From positions 186,001-250,000 of the IMG/VR virus record IMGVR_UViG_3300022935_000005: 64,000 nucleotides of DNA; one strand, written 5' to 3'. The notes under the pieces were generated by a model, which was given only the letters and a program-made list of their open reading frames with translations, did not search any database and was not told where the DNA came from. The translations under genes and the position numbers were made by a program. Positions 28,144 through 36,865 of the stretch are shown in pieces (positions within the stretch are counted from its first letter, which is position 1; each line of letters starts with the position of its first letter).

Positions 28144-28417
28144 GGGCCTATAGCTCAACAGGTAGAGCATCGGACTTTCAATGGGAGCTTCATCAGGTAA
28201 CTGATGTCGAATAACTGCTCAAATTCGGGGAACTCTTAACAGGTAATGCTGATGACAATCCCGAGCCAAGCTTCGAAAGAAGAAGGTGTAGAGACTAGAC
28301 GGGCAGCACCCCACGTGGGTGAAGGGATAGTCCAGACCACAAACACTTCGGTGGTAGCGAAAGCTATAGTGGTACGTAATCCGCAGGTTCAGGGTTCGAG
28401 TCCCTGTGGGCCCACCA
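28144..28417 (+). tRNA. tRNA-Lys(UUU) interrupted by a group I intron
   Basis: Exon 1 28144-28178 ends CGGA-CTTT; exon 2 28377-28417 begins TAA-TCCG and ends CCA; spliced loop CT-TTT-AA. Confidence 0.87.
28179..28376 (+). mobile_element. group I intron (198 nt) in tRNA-Lys, inserted after anticodon position 35
   Basis: Core CAAATTCGGGGAA / CAATCCCGAGCCAAG / GTAGAGACTA / GATAGTCC; 3' end nearly identical to the Arg intron; terminal G. Confidence 0.87.
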
Positions 28418-28630
28418 TTCTACTTCAAGGAACACCACTATGTTAGTTACAAGACTGTCAGCGCCTTCGCCGGGTATGCCAGATTACTTTGAACTGTACT
28501 CTAAGTGGTGGGCTGTAGCTGTTCGCACTGGAGAAAATCATGCGCTACAGGAAGCTCATCGCTTTGCGAGACTAGCTGAAGAGTTCGGTCAAGCGATTAT
28601 TCATGATGACGAAACACAAGAAGATTTTTA

Positions 28631-28716
28631 GCCTGAGTGATGGAATGGTAGACATGAAGCACTCAAAATGCTTTGCTCTTAAGAGCGTGTGAGTTCGAAT
28701 CTCACCTCAGGCACCA
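28631..28716 (+). tRNA. tRNA-Leu(CAA)
   Basis: AAGCA-CTCAAAA-TGCTT, long variable arm, CCA. Confidence 0.93.
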
Positions 28717-28734
28717 GTTTATTTTTTATTTTGT

Positions 28735-28810
28735 TGGGGTATGGCGCAATAGGTAGCGCAGCGGCCTTTGACTCCGCAGGTTCTAGGTTCGAGTCCTAGT
28801 GCCCCAGCCA
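28735..28810 (+). tRNA. tRNA-Gln(UUG)
   Basis: TGGGGTA/TGCCCCA acceptor, CT-TTG-AC loop, GGTTCGAGTCC, CCA. Confidence 0.9.
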
Positions 28811-29056
28811 GTTTCTATAAGAGAGTGTGATATGGATACAGCAACTTTCATTCTAGGTCTTGGTGTAATTATTATAGGAGTTTTGTCCCTGATCGTGGTC
28901 AAGCTGCCTAAGTTCCCAGGACCGCCCACCGACGTAGAAGATGAAGATCCAGGACGTGAAGTATGAAGTTTCGACCTGAACTTCCTGACGTTTTTGGCTT
29001 TTTTGTTATCATTCTTTACGCTGTTTTTATTGTGAAGCTTTTTTGTGGTTAGCGCG

Positions 29057-29085
29057 GTGTAAATGATCTTGGGGTTTCCTATAAT
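29057..29085 (+). promoter_or_regulatory. sigma70-like promoter
   Basis: GTGTAA-17 nt-TATAAT. Confidence 0.7.
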
Positions 29086-29147
29086 CCTATAGATAGATTA
29101 AAGGATAGAAAAAACTGATGAACAAAAGTGTTTAATACCTTCTTATC

Positions 29148-29314
29148 GGGGGTAGGCTTCAGAAGCTTAGGGTCCTGCGGTTTCTGGTGACATTCGGGAA
29201 GCTTTTTGCTGTGTATGTGAAACATGTCAAGGCCCCTTGGCATGAAGTAACTTTGGAAAAGTTGTTCTTTTGCGTTTAAATGAAGAAGGTTATGCCTTCC
29301 CGATTCTACCCCCA
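29148..29314 (+). ncRNA. candidate structured non-coding RNA of unknown family
   Basis: Closing stem GGGGGTAG/CTACCCCC with four internal helices; lies between a promoter and tRNA-Thr. Confidence 0.5.
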
Positions 29315-29320
29315 CTTTTT

Positions 29321-29396
29321 GCCGCCGTAGCTCAGTTGGTAGAGCCATCGATTTGTAATCGATCTGTCGGAGGTTCGAGTCCTCTCGGCGGCTCCA
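29321..29396 (+). tRNA. tRNA-Thr(UGU)
   Basis: ATCGA-TTTGTAA-TCGAT, GGTTCGAGTCC, CCA. Confidence 0.93.
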
Positions 29397-29428
29397 TTTT
29401 GTTAGCAAGAGCAGGAGCTATATAAGAA

Positions 29429-30097
29429 TTGATGCCCGAAGTACTAGATCAAGCGATATACCTTTTAGCAGCCGCCTCTCTCGGTTCTATGATCGGACTA
29501 GAGAGAGAAGTGCATGGCCAACCTGCTGGTCTTAGGACACACATGATCCTCTCCACTGGGGCTGCGCTAGCTGCAATACTATCCATATCATATTCTCAAT
29601 TTCTGTCAAATCCAGACTTGCCGTCTGACCCTGGTCGCATTGTAGCTCAAGTAGTCAGCGGAGTGGGTTTTCTCGGCGCCGGCGCGATTATGAAGATGGG
29701 CGTTACTGTTAAGGGGCTAACAACGGCTAGCTCACTTTGGACGACTGCTATCGTAGGTATTGCGTGCGGTAGCGGCTATTTAGAGCTTGGGGCTATAACG
29801 ACGGTCCTCGTGTTTGTGATCTTGACAATTATTAATAAGGTTGAGAAAGCCTTGTTGACGACGTACAAAACTCACACTCTTAAAATTACTCTAGATGATA
29901 GACCTGGGATCGTGAAAGACGTCAAGACTTGCCTCGAGGAAAATAACGTCAAGCTTGTGTCTTTAAGCGCTGGTATGCCTGATAGAGAGAGTCTAAATCT
30001 TTCCATGGTGATCAGGAAACCTGAAGATCTTGGCATGGACAGTCTAATAAATACTTTGAACGGGTTCGCCGAGACTCGGTCGATGGATTTAAAATGA
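29429..30097 (+). CDS. MgtC/SapB-family membrane protein with ACT-like C-domain
   Basis: IGLERE..PAGLRTH, DPGRIVAQVVSGVGFLGAG, GLTTASSLW. Confidence 0.9.
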   Translation: MMPEVLDQAIYLLAAASLGSMIGLEREVHGQPAGLRTHMILSTGAALAAILSISYSQFLSNPDLPSDPGRIVAQVVSGVGFLGAGAIMKMGVTVKGLTTASSLWTTAIVGIACGSGYLELGAITTVLVFVILTIINKVEKALLTTYKTHTLKITLDDRPGIVKDVKTCLEENNVKLVSLSAGMPDRESLNLSMVIRKPEDLGMDSLINTLNGFAETRSMDLK

Positions 30098-30160
30098 ACC
30101 ATGTAAATCTTCACCGACATTTCTATTATCTAATATAAAACCAGGAGGTAACTGTGCCAA

Positions 30161-30526
30161 GTGTACTATCAAGCTAAGCAGCTAGCAATGAACAATGGTC
30201 GTCCTTACCATCTAGCAGCTATTCTGAGAAGGAATGGTCGAGTCGTTAAGGTCGGCGAAAATACTAATAAGACACACCCACGGTTCAAGCGCCAATATAA
30301 AGACGGTACGTGGGGATCCCATATGCATGCTGAAATGAACGTTCTACGTTTCGCTCAGCCTGGCGATGAGATTGAGGTGATGCGCTTTACCAAGTGTAGT
30401 GATCATCCGACGATGGCAAAGCCTTGTTCCATTTGTGAGTCAGAGATTCGTAAGTCTGGAATCAAGCGTGTCAAGTACACAAACTGGGATGGTGACTGGG
30501 AAGTGCTTGAAGTATCGAATACTTAA
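30161..30526 (+). CDS. zinc-dependent nucleoside/nucleotide deaminase
   Basis: HAE..KPCSIC zinc motif. Confidence 0.75.
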   Translation: MYYQAKQLAMNNGRPYHLAAILRRNGRVVKVGENTNKTHPRFKRQYKDGTWGSHMHAEMNVLRFAQPGDEIEVMRFTKCSDHPTMAKPCSICESEIRKSGIKRVKYTNWDGDWEVLEVSNT

Positions 30527-30550
30527 TCTCGAAAAAGAGGTAACATCTTA

Positions 30551-32023
30551 ATGATGCATTATAACACAGACTCAAAAATTCTCGCTGAGATATCAGTGAA
30601 TAAGGGGGAGAGCGTAAAGCTAAAGACAGGTGCTATCTGTACTGAGACTGGCACCTACAAGGGTCGAGCTCCTTCTGCTAAATCTTACGCTATAGATGAG
30701 ATTACGAGGGACAAAATTGACTGGTCTGCCAATAGAGGGATATCAGAAGATGAATTCGCGGAAGAGCTTTCTGCGTTCCAAGATTATAAGGGTACAATAG
30801 TTCCCTTATTTTGTCAAGAGCTGCAAGCGGTTAGAGATACAGGTCATAGAACTGACATTGTCGTTTTTACGGAAATGGCTCACCACGCATTGTTCGCCAG
30901 GAACATGTTCATTACGGATGTCGTGGGATTCGGGAAAACACAGCAGCCATGGCGGATTTATCACTTCCCAAAAAAAGAGGAAGAAGCTAAAGTACTAATA
31001 TCTTTCAAGAAGAAAGCGATTCTGATCACTGGGACATTTTATTCGGGAGAGATCAAGAAGAGTATTTTTTCGGTACTAAATTTCGAGTTTCCTCAATCTG
31101 GCCACTTGCCGATGCATTGCTCAGTGAATGTAGACAAAGAGCGAAGGAACCCTGCTGTTTTCTTCGGTCTGTCAGGAACAGGAAAGACAACTCTTTCTTC
31201 TGACGAAAATCGCATTTTGATCGGTGACGACGAGCATGGGTGGACCGATAGCGGCTTGACTAATTTCGAAGGCGGTTGCTATGCGAAGACGATTCGACTA
31301 TCTAAAGAAGCTGAACCCCAGATCTGGGATGCGTGCAATAAGCCTGGAACAATATTGGAGAATGTTGCCTTTAATGAAGACCTGATGCCGGATTTTGATG
31401 ACGGCACTCTTACCGAGAACAGCAGAGCTTCATACGCATGTTCTAGTGTTCCCGGCGCTGATCATAAAGGGTATGTCAATGAACACCCTGAGAACGTTAT
31501 CATGCTTACCTGTGACGCATTTGGTGTGCTACCTCCAGTGATGAAACTGTCACCTGACGAGGCTGTTACACAATTTTTGCTTGGTTATACCGCGAAAGTA
31601 GCCGGTACTGAAGCTGGTGTCGTAGAACCGCAAGCAACATTCTCTGCATGCTTTGGCGCTCCCTTCATGCCTCTGCACCCTCGAGAGTATGCTGCTATCT
31701 TAAGGGAAAAGTTGGTAAAACACGGCACCTCGTGTTGGCTGGTGAATACTGGCTGGACGGGAGGCTCTTACGGAGTGGGAAGAAGAATGCCGATATCTAC
31801 TACGAGAGAGATTATCCAGAAGATTCATACCGGTGAGTTACGAGACTGCGCTACATTCGTTCATGAACCAACAGGCTTTACAGTACCGGACTGCGATAGT
31901 ATTGAAGAAACAATTCTTTACCCAGAAAAGGGCTGGAGCTCTAGAGAAGATTATGATTCCAAGTCTGCTGAGCTAATGTCTTTGTTCCGGGAACAGATGA
32001 AAAACATTGGGATCTCTAGTTAA
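30551..32023 (+). CDS. pckA: phosphoenolpyruvate carboxykinase (ATP)
   Basis: YSGEIKKSIF, MHCS, FFGLSGTGKTTLS, IGDDEHGW, NFEGGCYAK, TENSRASY, FSACFGAPF. Confidence 0.93.
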   Translation: MMHYNTDSKILAEISVNKGESVKLKTGAICTETGTYKGRAPSAKSYAIDEITRDKIDWSANRGISEDEFAEELSAFQDYKGTIVPLFCQELQAVRDTGHRTDIVVFTEMAHHALFARNMFITDVVGFGKTQQPWRIYHFPKKEEEAKVLISFKKKAILITGTFYSGEIKKSIFSVLNFEFPQSGHLPMHCSVNVDKERRNPAVFFGLSGTGKTTLSSDENRILIGDDEHGWTDSGLTNFEGGCYAKTIRLSKEAEPQIWDACNKPGTILENVAFNEDLMPDFDDGTLTENSRASYACSSVPGADHKGYVNEHPENVIMLTCDAFGVLPPVMKLSPDEAVTQFLLGYTAKVAGTEAGVVEPQATFSACFGAPFMPLHPREYAAILREKLVKHGTSCWLVNTGWTGGSYGVGRRMPISTTREIIQKIHTGELRDCATFVHEPTGFTVPDCDSIEETILYPEKGWSSREDYDSKSAELMSLFREQMKNIGISS

Positions 32024-32121
32024 CTGGCTGTTTTTCACTATTATATTTTCACATAATGAGACAAGTTCAGAGGTGAAAAGAGTTCGCTTCTAGTAACCGT
32101 TAATTAGTCTGAAAAGACATG

Positions 32122-32143
32122 AGAGGGAACCACGGTTCCCTCT
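32122..32143 (+). terminator. perfect inverted repeat between pckA and the ZorB-like gene
   Basis: AGAGGGAACC-AC-GGTTCCCTCT; weak U-tract. Confidence 0.35.
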
Positions 32144-32168
32144 TACCATCTACAAAAAGGGTCTAGAC

Positions 32169-32873
32169 TTGAGTAACAGAAATTTGCAAATTCCTTGGGC
32201 AAATATCTCTGATATGATGTCTGCCTTGATGATGGTGTTTTTGCTGATCAGCGTTACATACAGCTCTCAAGTGAAAAACAAGTCTGAGCAGCTAGAAGAG
32301 AAAAATAAGAAGATCCACAAGATTACGGCGGATTTCTCAGACAGCAGGTATGAGATATACGCTAGTTTGAATGAAGCTTTTTCTCATAAGTTTGAAGAGT
32401 GGCACGCTACGCTAGACAGAGAAACTCTGACTTTACGCTTTAACAATCCTGCTATCTTATTCGAGCCGGGTAGCGACAGGTTGACGCCAGCTTTTGAAAA
32501 GATACTTGCTGACTTGTGGACAAATTACATAGAAGTGCTTCGTAGATACCCAGAAGATGTGGCTGAGGTCAAAATACAAGGTCATACTTCTTCTGAATGG
32601 TCTGATTCCACCATCGAAGAGTCTTATTTCAACAACATGAAACTGTCTCAAGAAAGGACTCGCTCTACGCTTATCTTCTGCTATAACTTGACCCCTATGG
32701 ACAAAAGGGATTGGGTGATAGAGAATGTTACTGCTAACGGTATGTCTTTTGCTAGAACAATTAAGGCACCTGACGGCTCTGAAGACGTGGTGAGGTCAAG
32801 AAGAGTAGAGTTTACAGTCGTTGTCAATTCACATATCGCTCTAGAAAAGATAGGAGAAGCTTTAGATGATTGA
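32169..32873 (+). CDS. ZorB/MotB-like membrane protein with OmpA-type peptidoglycan-binding domain
   Basis: PWANISDMMSALMMVFLLI TM with conserved Asp; ILFEPGS, IQGHTSSEW, NMKLSQER, SRRVEF. Confidence 0.8.
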   Translation: MSNRNLQIPWANISDMMSALMMVFLLISVTYSSQVKNKSEQLEEKNKKIHKITADFSDSRYEIYASLNEAFSHKFEEWHATLDRETLTLRFNNPAILFEPGSDRLTPAFEKILADLWTNYIEVLRRYPEDVAEVKIQGHTSSEWSDSTIEESYFNNMKLSQERTRSTLIFCYNLTPMDKRDWVIENVTANGMSFARTIKAPDGSEDVVRSRRVEFTVVVNSHIALEKIGEALDD

Positions 32874-33597
32874 GCACATCACATGGACCACTTTTCTTCC
32901 ATTGATATTCTTGGTTCCGCTCATACCACCCTTAAATCGCGTATTTTCTTTCATTGACCCCTCGAAGATGTCATATGGAGCCGCGACTTCTGGGGTTCTT
33001 CTGACTTTTTTTGGCGTTTGGCAGGGTCTAATAGGCTTTGACATTACTAACACTTCTGAGAGTCTTCCTTTTTTGATCGAGGGCTTGAAGATTGCGTTTG
33101 GTTCGTCGGTGGTTGGCCTCGGCACGAGCATGGTCATTAATCTCATTTTCGTTACTAATGATTTATCTGAGGCTGACAGCACCGCTAAAATTGTGGAGCA
33201 TCTGGAAGAGGTAAGGGTGAGCTTAGAGAAGTTCTCTGAAACTTCCACACAGTTGCAGACCACAGCGCTTGTATCTGCTATCGAAACTCTTATAACAGAT
33301 CTAGAGATGGGAATTAATACGGAGACAAGGGAAGTGATGTCACGTTTTCGAACATCTGTTGAGTTTTTGAGAGAATGGCAAGAAAAATACGTCGATGAAA
33401 TCAAAAATGTTACTGAAGCTATGGATAAAAACGCGATTGTTACGCAGGCGACATCAGCACAGCTAGATAGGACTAATGAAGTGCTAGCAGAGCTAGCGCC
33501 CGTTACAGAAACCATAGCGGATAGCATTGGTTGGGTCCGGACAGCGCTTCCAGCGATGAGAAAGAGAAACAACACTGGAGATAAAAGTGAAGAATGA
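32866..33597 (+). CDS. ZorA/MotA-like proton-channel subunit with short helical tail
   Basis: TSGVLLTFFGVWQGLIGFD..LIEGLKIAFGSSVVGL TM pair followed by a coiled-coil-like tail. Confidence 0.72.
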   Translation: MIEHITWTTFLPLIFLVPLIPPLNRVFSFIDPSKMSYGAATSGVLLTFFGVWQGLIGFDITNTSESLPFLIEGLKIAFGSSVVGLGTSMVINLIFVTNDLSEADSTAKIVEHLEEVRVSLEKFSETSTQLQTTALVSAIETLITDLEMGINTETREVMSRFRTSVEFLREWQEKYVDEIKNVTEAMDKNAIVTQATSAQLDRTNEVLAELAPVTETIADSIGWVRTALPAMRKRNNTGDKSEE

Positions 33598-34147
33598 GTT
33601 CGTGATTTTTGTTGGTCCGATGTTCGGTGGCAAAACAACAAAGCTGTTAAGCGCGATTGACCGATACAAATACCAGGGCAGAGATATCCATGTCTTTAAG
33701 CCTATTGTTGACGAAAGATATTCTGCTTCTGAAGTGGTTACCCATTGGGGTGCAAAAATACCTGCGACCCGGATTAACTCCGAGTCGATGTACGATACAT
33801 TACAACCCTTTTTCTATCAGGCGTCTGACAAAGACAGGGCTGTTATCGCTGTTGATGAAGCTTTTATGATAGGTGGCATCGGTGATGCTTTGGTTCAGCT
33901 ATTTAAGAATGGTCACACAATATTGGCGTCGTCTTTACAGCTGTCCTCTGACTTCACACCATATAAGGAGCTTGCAGCCATGCTGCCTTACGCCACGAAG
34001 GTAGAAGTCTGTCCAGCTGTCTGTTCTATATGCGGGGCGGATGCATACTACACGGAAAAGATCGGAGGCAGATCTGACCACGGTATCGAGGTCGGCGGTG
34101 CAGATATGTATCAGCCGAGATGTTTTAATCATTTTTTGAAGGAGTAA
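33587..34147 (+). CDS. tdk: thymidine kinase
   Basis: GPMFGGKTTKL, VDEAF, AVCSICG, IEVGGADMYQPRC. Confidence 0.92.
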   Translation: MKNEFVIFVGPMFGGKTTKLLSAIDRYKYQGRDIHVFKPIVDERYSASEVVTHWGAKIPATRINSESMYDTLQPFFYQASDKDRAVIAVDEAFMIGGIGDALVQLFKNGHTILASSLQLSSDFTPYKELAAMLPYATKVEVCPAVCSICGADAYYTEKIGGRSDHGIEVGGADMYQPRCFNHFLKE

Positions 34148-34151
34148 ATAC

Positions 34152-34577
34152 ATGAGGAAAGGGATAATTGCCGGTAATTTTGACGTGATCCATCCGGGGT
34201 ACGTTCGCTTTTTCAAAGATGCGAAAGAGAACGCATGCGATTGGCTCATAGTCGCTCTTCACGTTGATCCGACAATCGAACGTCCACTTAAGGCAAAGCC
34301 GATACTTTCGGCGGATGAGCGAACAGAGATCTTACTTTCCCTAAAGTACGTAGATGAAGTCTTATATTACAACACTGAGAAAGAGCTTACACAGGTCTTG
34401 TCGAGCGTACCAGACCATGTAAGAGTGATAGGATCAGATTACCTCGGGAAAGAATTCACTGGTAAGTCTCTCGCAGGTGATATTTATTACCATAAGCGCG
34501 ACCACAATTGGTCAACCACGAGGTTCAAGACTGAAATAGCACAGCAATGTATGAGACAGGGTTACATAGACAGATAG
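34152..34577 (+). CDS. HIGH-family cytidylyltransferase (TagD/RfaE-like)
   Basis: GNFDVIHPGY, LKYVDEV, IGSDY, WSTT. Confidence 0.8.
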   Translation: MRKGIIAGNFDVIHPGYVRFFKDAKENACDWLIVALHVDPTIERPLKAKPILSADERTEILLSLKYVDEVLYYNTEKELTQVLSSVPDHVRVIGSDYLGKEFTGKSLAGDIYYHKRDHNWSTTRFKTEIAQQCMRQGYIDR

Positions 34578-34864
34578 GCCACCAAGTCTTTTTTGTTATT
34601 TTAAATCTTCTCGATTATCTAACAACTCATACCTTGATCTCGACTGACGGGCAAGAGTTGATGCCTGTCGGTAACGCTGTTATAGAAAATTATGGTCTTA
34701 TCGGGCTCTTGGTATTTAAGCTGTCATTGACATTTTTAGTCATTCTACTGGGTAAGGTATTCAGGTTCAAAGATTCACTGTGGGAACTATTGAACGGCTT
34801 CCTGACAGCGGTCGTTGTTTGGAACAGCACAGGGATATTTCTGTCAATGTTCTTCCCCGTCTAG
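34547..34864 (+). CDS. small membrane protein
   Basis: NLLDYLTT..ELMP and three hydrophobic segments. Confidence 0.5.
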   Translation: MYETGLHRQIGHQVFFVILNLLDYLTTHTLISTDGQELMPVGNAVIENYGLIGLLVFKLSLTFLVILLGKVFRFKDSLWELLNGFLTAVVVWNSTGIFLSMFFPV

Positions 34865-36759
34865 GCGGTGGGATCTTCGTACCATTCTTCCATGAATGAT
34901 TCACCGGTGATTTCTTCTAGTCTTCTGATCATTTTTTCCATATTGATTTTTACAACTTTACCAGTTTTGACATTTCTAGAAAAATACTGCCACTCACCTT
35001 CTTCGTTGTGAGGGGATATTTGCGTAACATTGCCTGCTTCGTCTCTTACAAAAACTTCAGCAGAAGAAGCAACGTCTTTGGAGTAAATGTGAGCGTAATT
35101 GGTTACAGTGCTAGGATCACTTGTTGCTTGCATCGCAATTCTGCCATCAATCTCTAAATCTCCTAAAAACCTAGAATTACCTTTTACATCTAGTTCAGCA
35201 CTTGGGTTGCTAGTTCCAATTCCCACACTTCCGGAAGTGTTAAAATGAATAGTACTCGACACATCACTTCCTAGTGTTGCTTCAGACACAATCGATGCAT
35301 CACCACCTAAAGTGCCATGATATCCTCCGACATAATCTTTTATTCCATCTTGACCTGTGGTGTCAATGTGGTCTCCCATTTTCCACCAGTGGACTAAATC
35401 ACTGTATGCAGAGTACTCTTCCATGTTCTTTACATTTCCGTCGTTGTAAAGTTCTTGAACTTCTGTGGGAGTAAGTACGCGATTAAACCTACACACATCT
35501 GCTAATTTACCAGCGAGCGCATTACTTGTTGAGTCGTTAACATCGATGCCGCCTAAAGTTGTTGGTATTGAGGTTTGAGGCATCCCGGAATAGTTCGTTG
35601 AGGTTTGTGTTGTGAAATATATTAGGTTGGGTACGTTCAAATCATTATTGATTGATGATCCACCGCCTCCCTCATAAATACTTCCATTCCCAACTGGATG
35701 TGAGTTCTTATAAACTCTTATTCCGGACGTCGCTTTGCTTCCATCGTAAGTAACACAAAGATGAAACCAAGTATTTTCTGCGTGGAAAAATTTACTATTT
35801 GCAGAGGTTTGGGCTACCGCTATCCTGTTTGATGTACTAAAGGTTCCAACACCGTTTTGATCTGGGTCTGCATATAAAATAATTTGTAGCAGACCGCTTC
35901 CAACCCCAATATAAATTTCGCCATCATTAGGTGAAGTAGACCTTTTTGTATATAACCCACCTGCATGCTTCCCGTTTGTTCCATCGTAGTCTATCTCTTC
36001 TAGATTGACCCACATAGAAATAGTGAATGCTTTGTCAGTGCCCTGGCCAGAACTAAATGAAGTGTCTGTTGTAGCATCAGAAATAGTTACTTCATCAAAC
36101 GGAGAGAGTCCGTCGAGCTGAATTGCCTTCTGGTTTACTAATGAGTCTGATTTTATTTGCACAGACCCAGTGACGCTAAAACTTCCTGTCACAAATGTAT
36201 TACCTTGAAGTTTTGAAGTACCTTCTACATGAAGCACGTCAGTTGGCGTTGACGTTCCAATTCCGACTTTATCGTTCGCACCATCAACATAAAGCATATG
36301 TGTGTTGTTGTCTGACTCAACTCGAAAGTTAACTAGCGAGTCTGATGTTTGGTTAACGACAACCTCTGGAACAGCACCATCCAATCGCAATCCTTCACGG
36401 GAAGTTCCTGCGTCACTTGCTTTAAAAACGATATGTTTGTTTGAGTATAGGTTTTCAATTAGGATATTATTTGATGAATTGATCCCAATCAGAGCTCGAT
36501 CACTATCATCTTCGGTAAATCTAATGAACGTTTCGTCACTCTGTCCTTCAACTCCGTTTATAGTGAGTTTCTCTGACGGAGTCTCGGTACCGATGCCTAC
36601 ATTCCCATGATCGTCGATGATAGCTCTTTCCGAACCGTTCGTTGAGAATCTAATTTTATTTTCATTAGGGTTCTGTTCAACTTCTACCTTCGTGTCTCCA
36701 TCTTTATCTTCTAGGGTGTCCTCAGTGATGGCACCGGCTCTAATTTTGGTAATTGGCAT
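34861..36759 (-). CDS. tail fibre / receptor-binding-like protein with LamG (concanavalin-like) domain
   Basis: Repeated GNVGIGT-x-P motifs; FTISMWV..WFHLCVTYDG..GKLADVCRFNRVLTPTEVQELYN. Confidence 0.75.
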   Translation of the reverse strand: MPITKIRAGAITEDTLEDKDGDTKVEVEQNPNENKIRFSTNGSERAIIDDHGNVGIGTETPSEKLTINGVEGQSDETFIRFTEDDSDRALIGINSSNNILIENLYSNKHIVFKASDAGTSREGLRLDGAVPEVVVNQTSDSLVNFRVESDNNTHMLYVDGANDKVGIGTSTPTDVLHVEGTSKLQGNTFVTGSFSVTGSVQIKSDSLVNQKAIQLDGLSPFDEVTISDATTDTSFSSGQGTDKAFTISMWVNLEEIDYDGTNGKHAGGLYTKRSTSPNDGEIYIGVGSGLLQIILYADPDQNGVGTFSTSNRIAVAQTSANSKFFHAENTWFHLCVTYDGSKATSGIRVYKNSHPVGNGSIYEGGGGSSINNDLNVPNLIYFTTQTSTNYSGMPQTSIPTTLGGIDVNDSTSNALAGKLADVCRFNRVLTPTEVQELYNDGNVKNMEEYSAYSDLVHWWKMGDHIDTTGQDGIKDYVGGYHGTLGGDASIVSEATLGSDVSSTIHFNTSGSVGIGTSNPSAELDVKGNSRFLGDLEIDGRIAMQATSDPSTVTNYAHIYSKDVASSAEVFVRDEAGNVTQISPHNEEGEWQYFSRNVKTGKVVKINMEKMIRRLEEITGESFMEEWYEDPTA

Positions 36760-36803
36760 CTTAAAATCCTCCTGGCTTTAGTGTTTAAATATCTTCAACA
36801 ATC

Positions 36804-36832
36804 GTGCAAAACTAAACCACGCTTGATATAAT
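36804..36832 (+). promoter_or_regulatory. sigma70-like promoter, AATCGTGCAA class
   Basis: GTGCAA-17 nt-TATAAT. Confidence 0.65.
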
Positions 36833-36865
36833 ACTTACATCATAGGATTAGAAACAGGAGAAAAA

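Noticed and set aside
26919-28446. ORFs 26919-27167, 27068-27265, 27576-27797, 27952-28134 and 28246-28446, or intron-encoded homing endonucleases
   Set aside because: They overlap tRNA exons and intron cores. The introns are about 200-240 nt, too short for an endonuclease, and show no LAGLIDADG/HNH/GIY motif.
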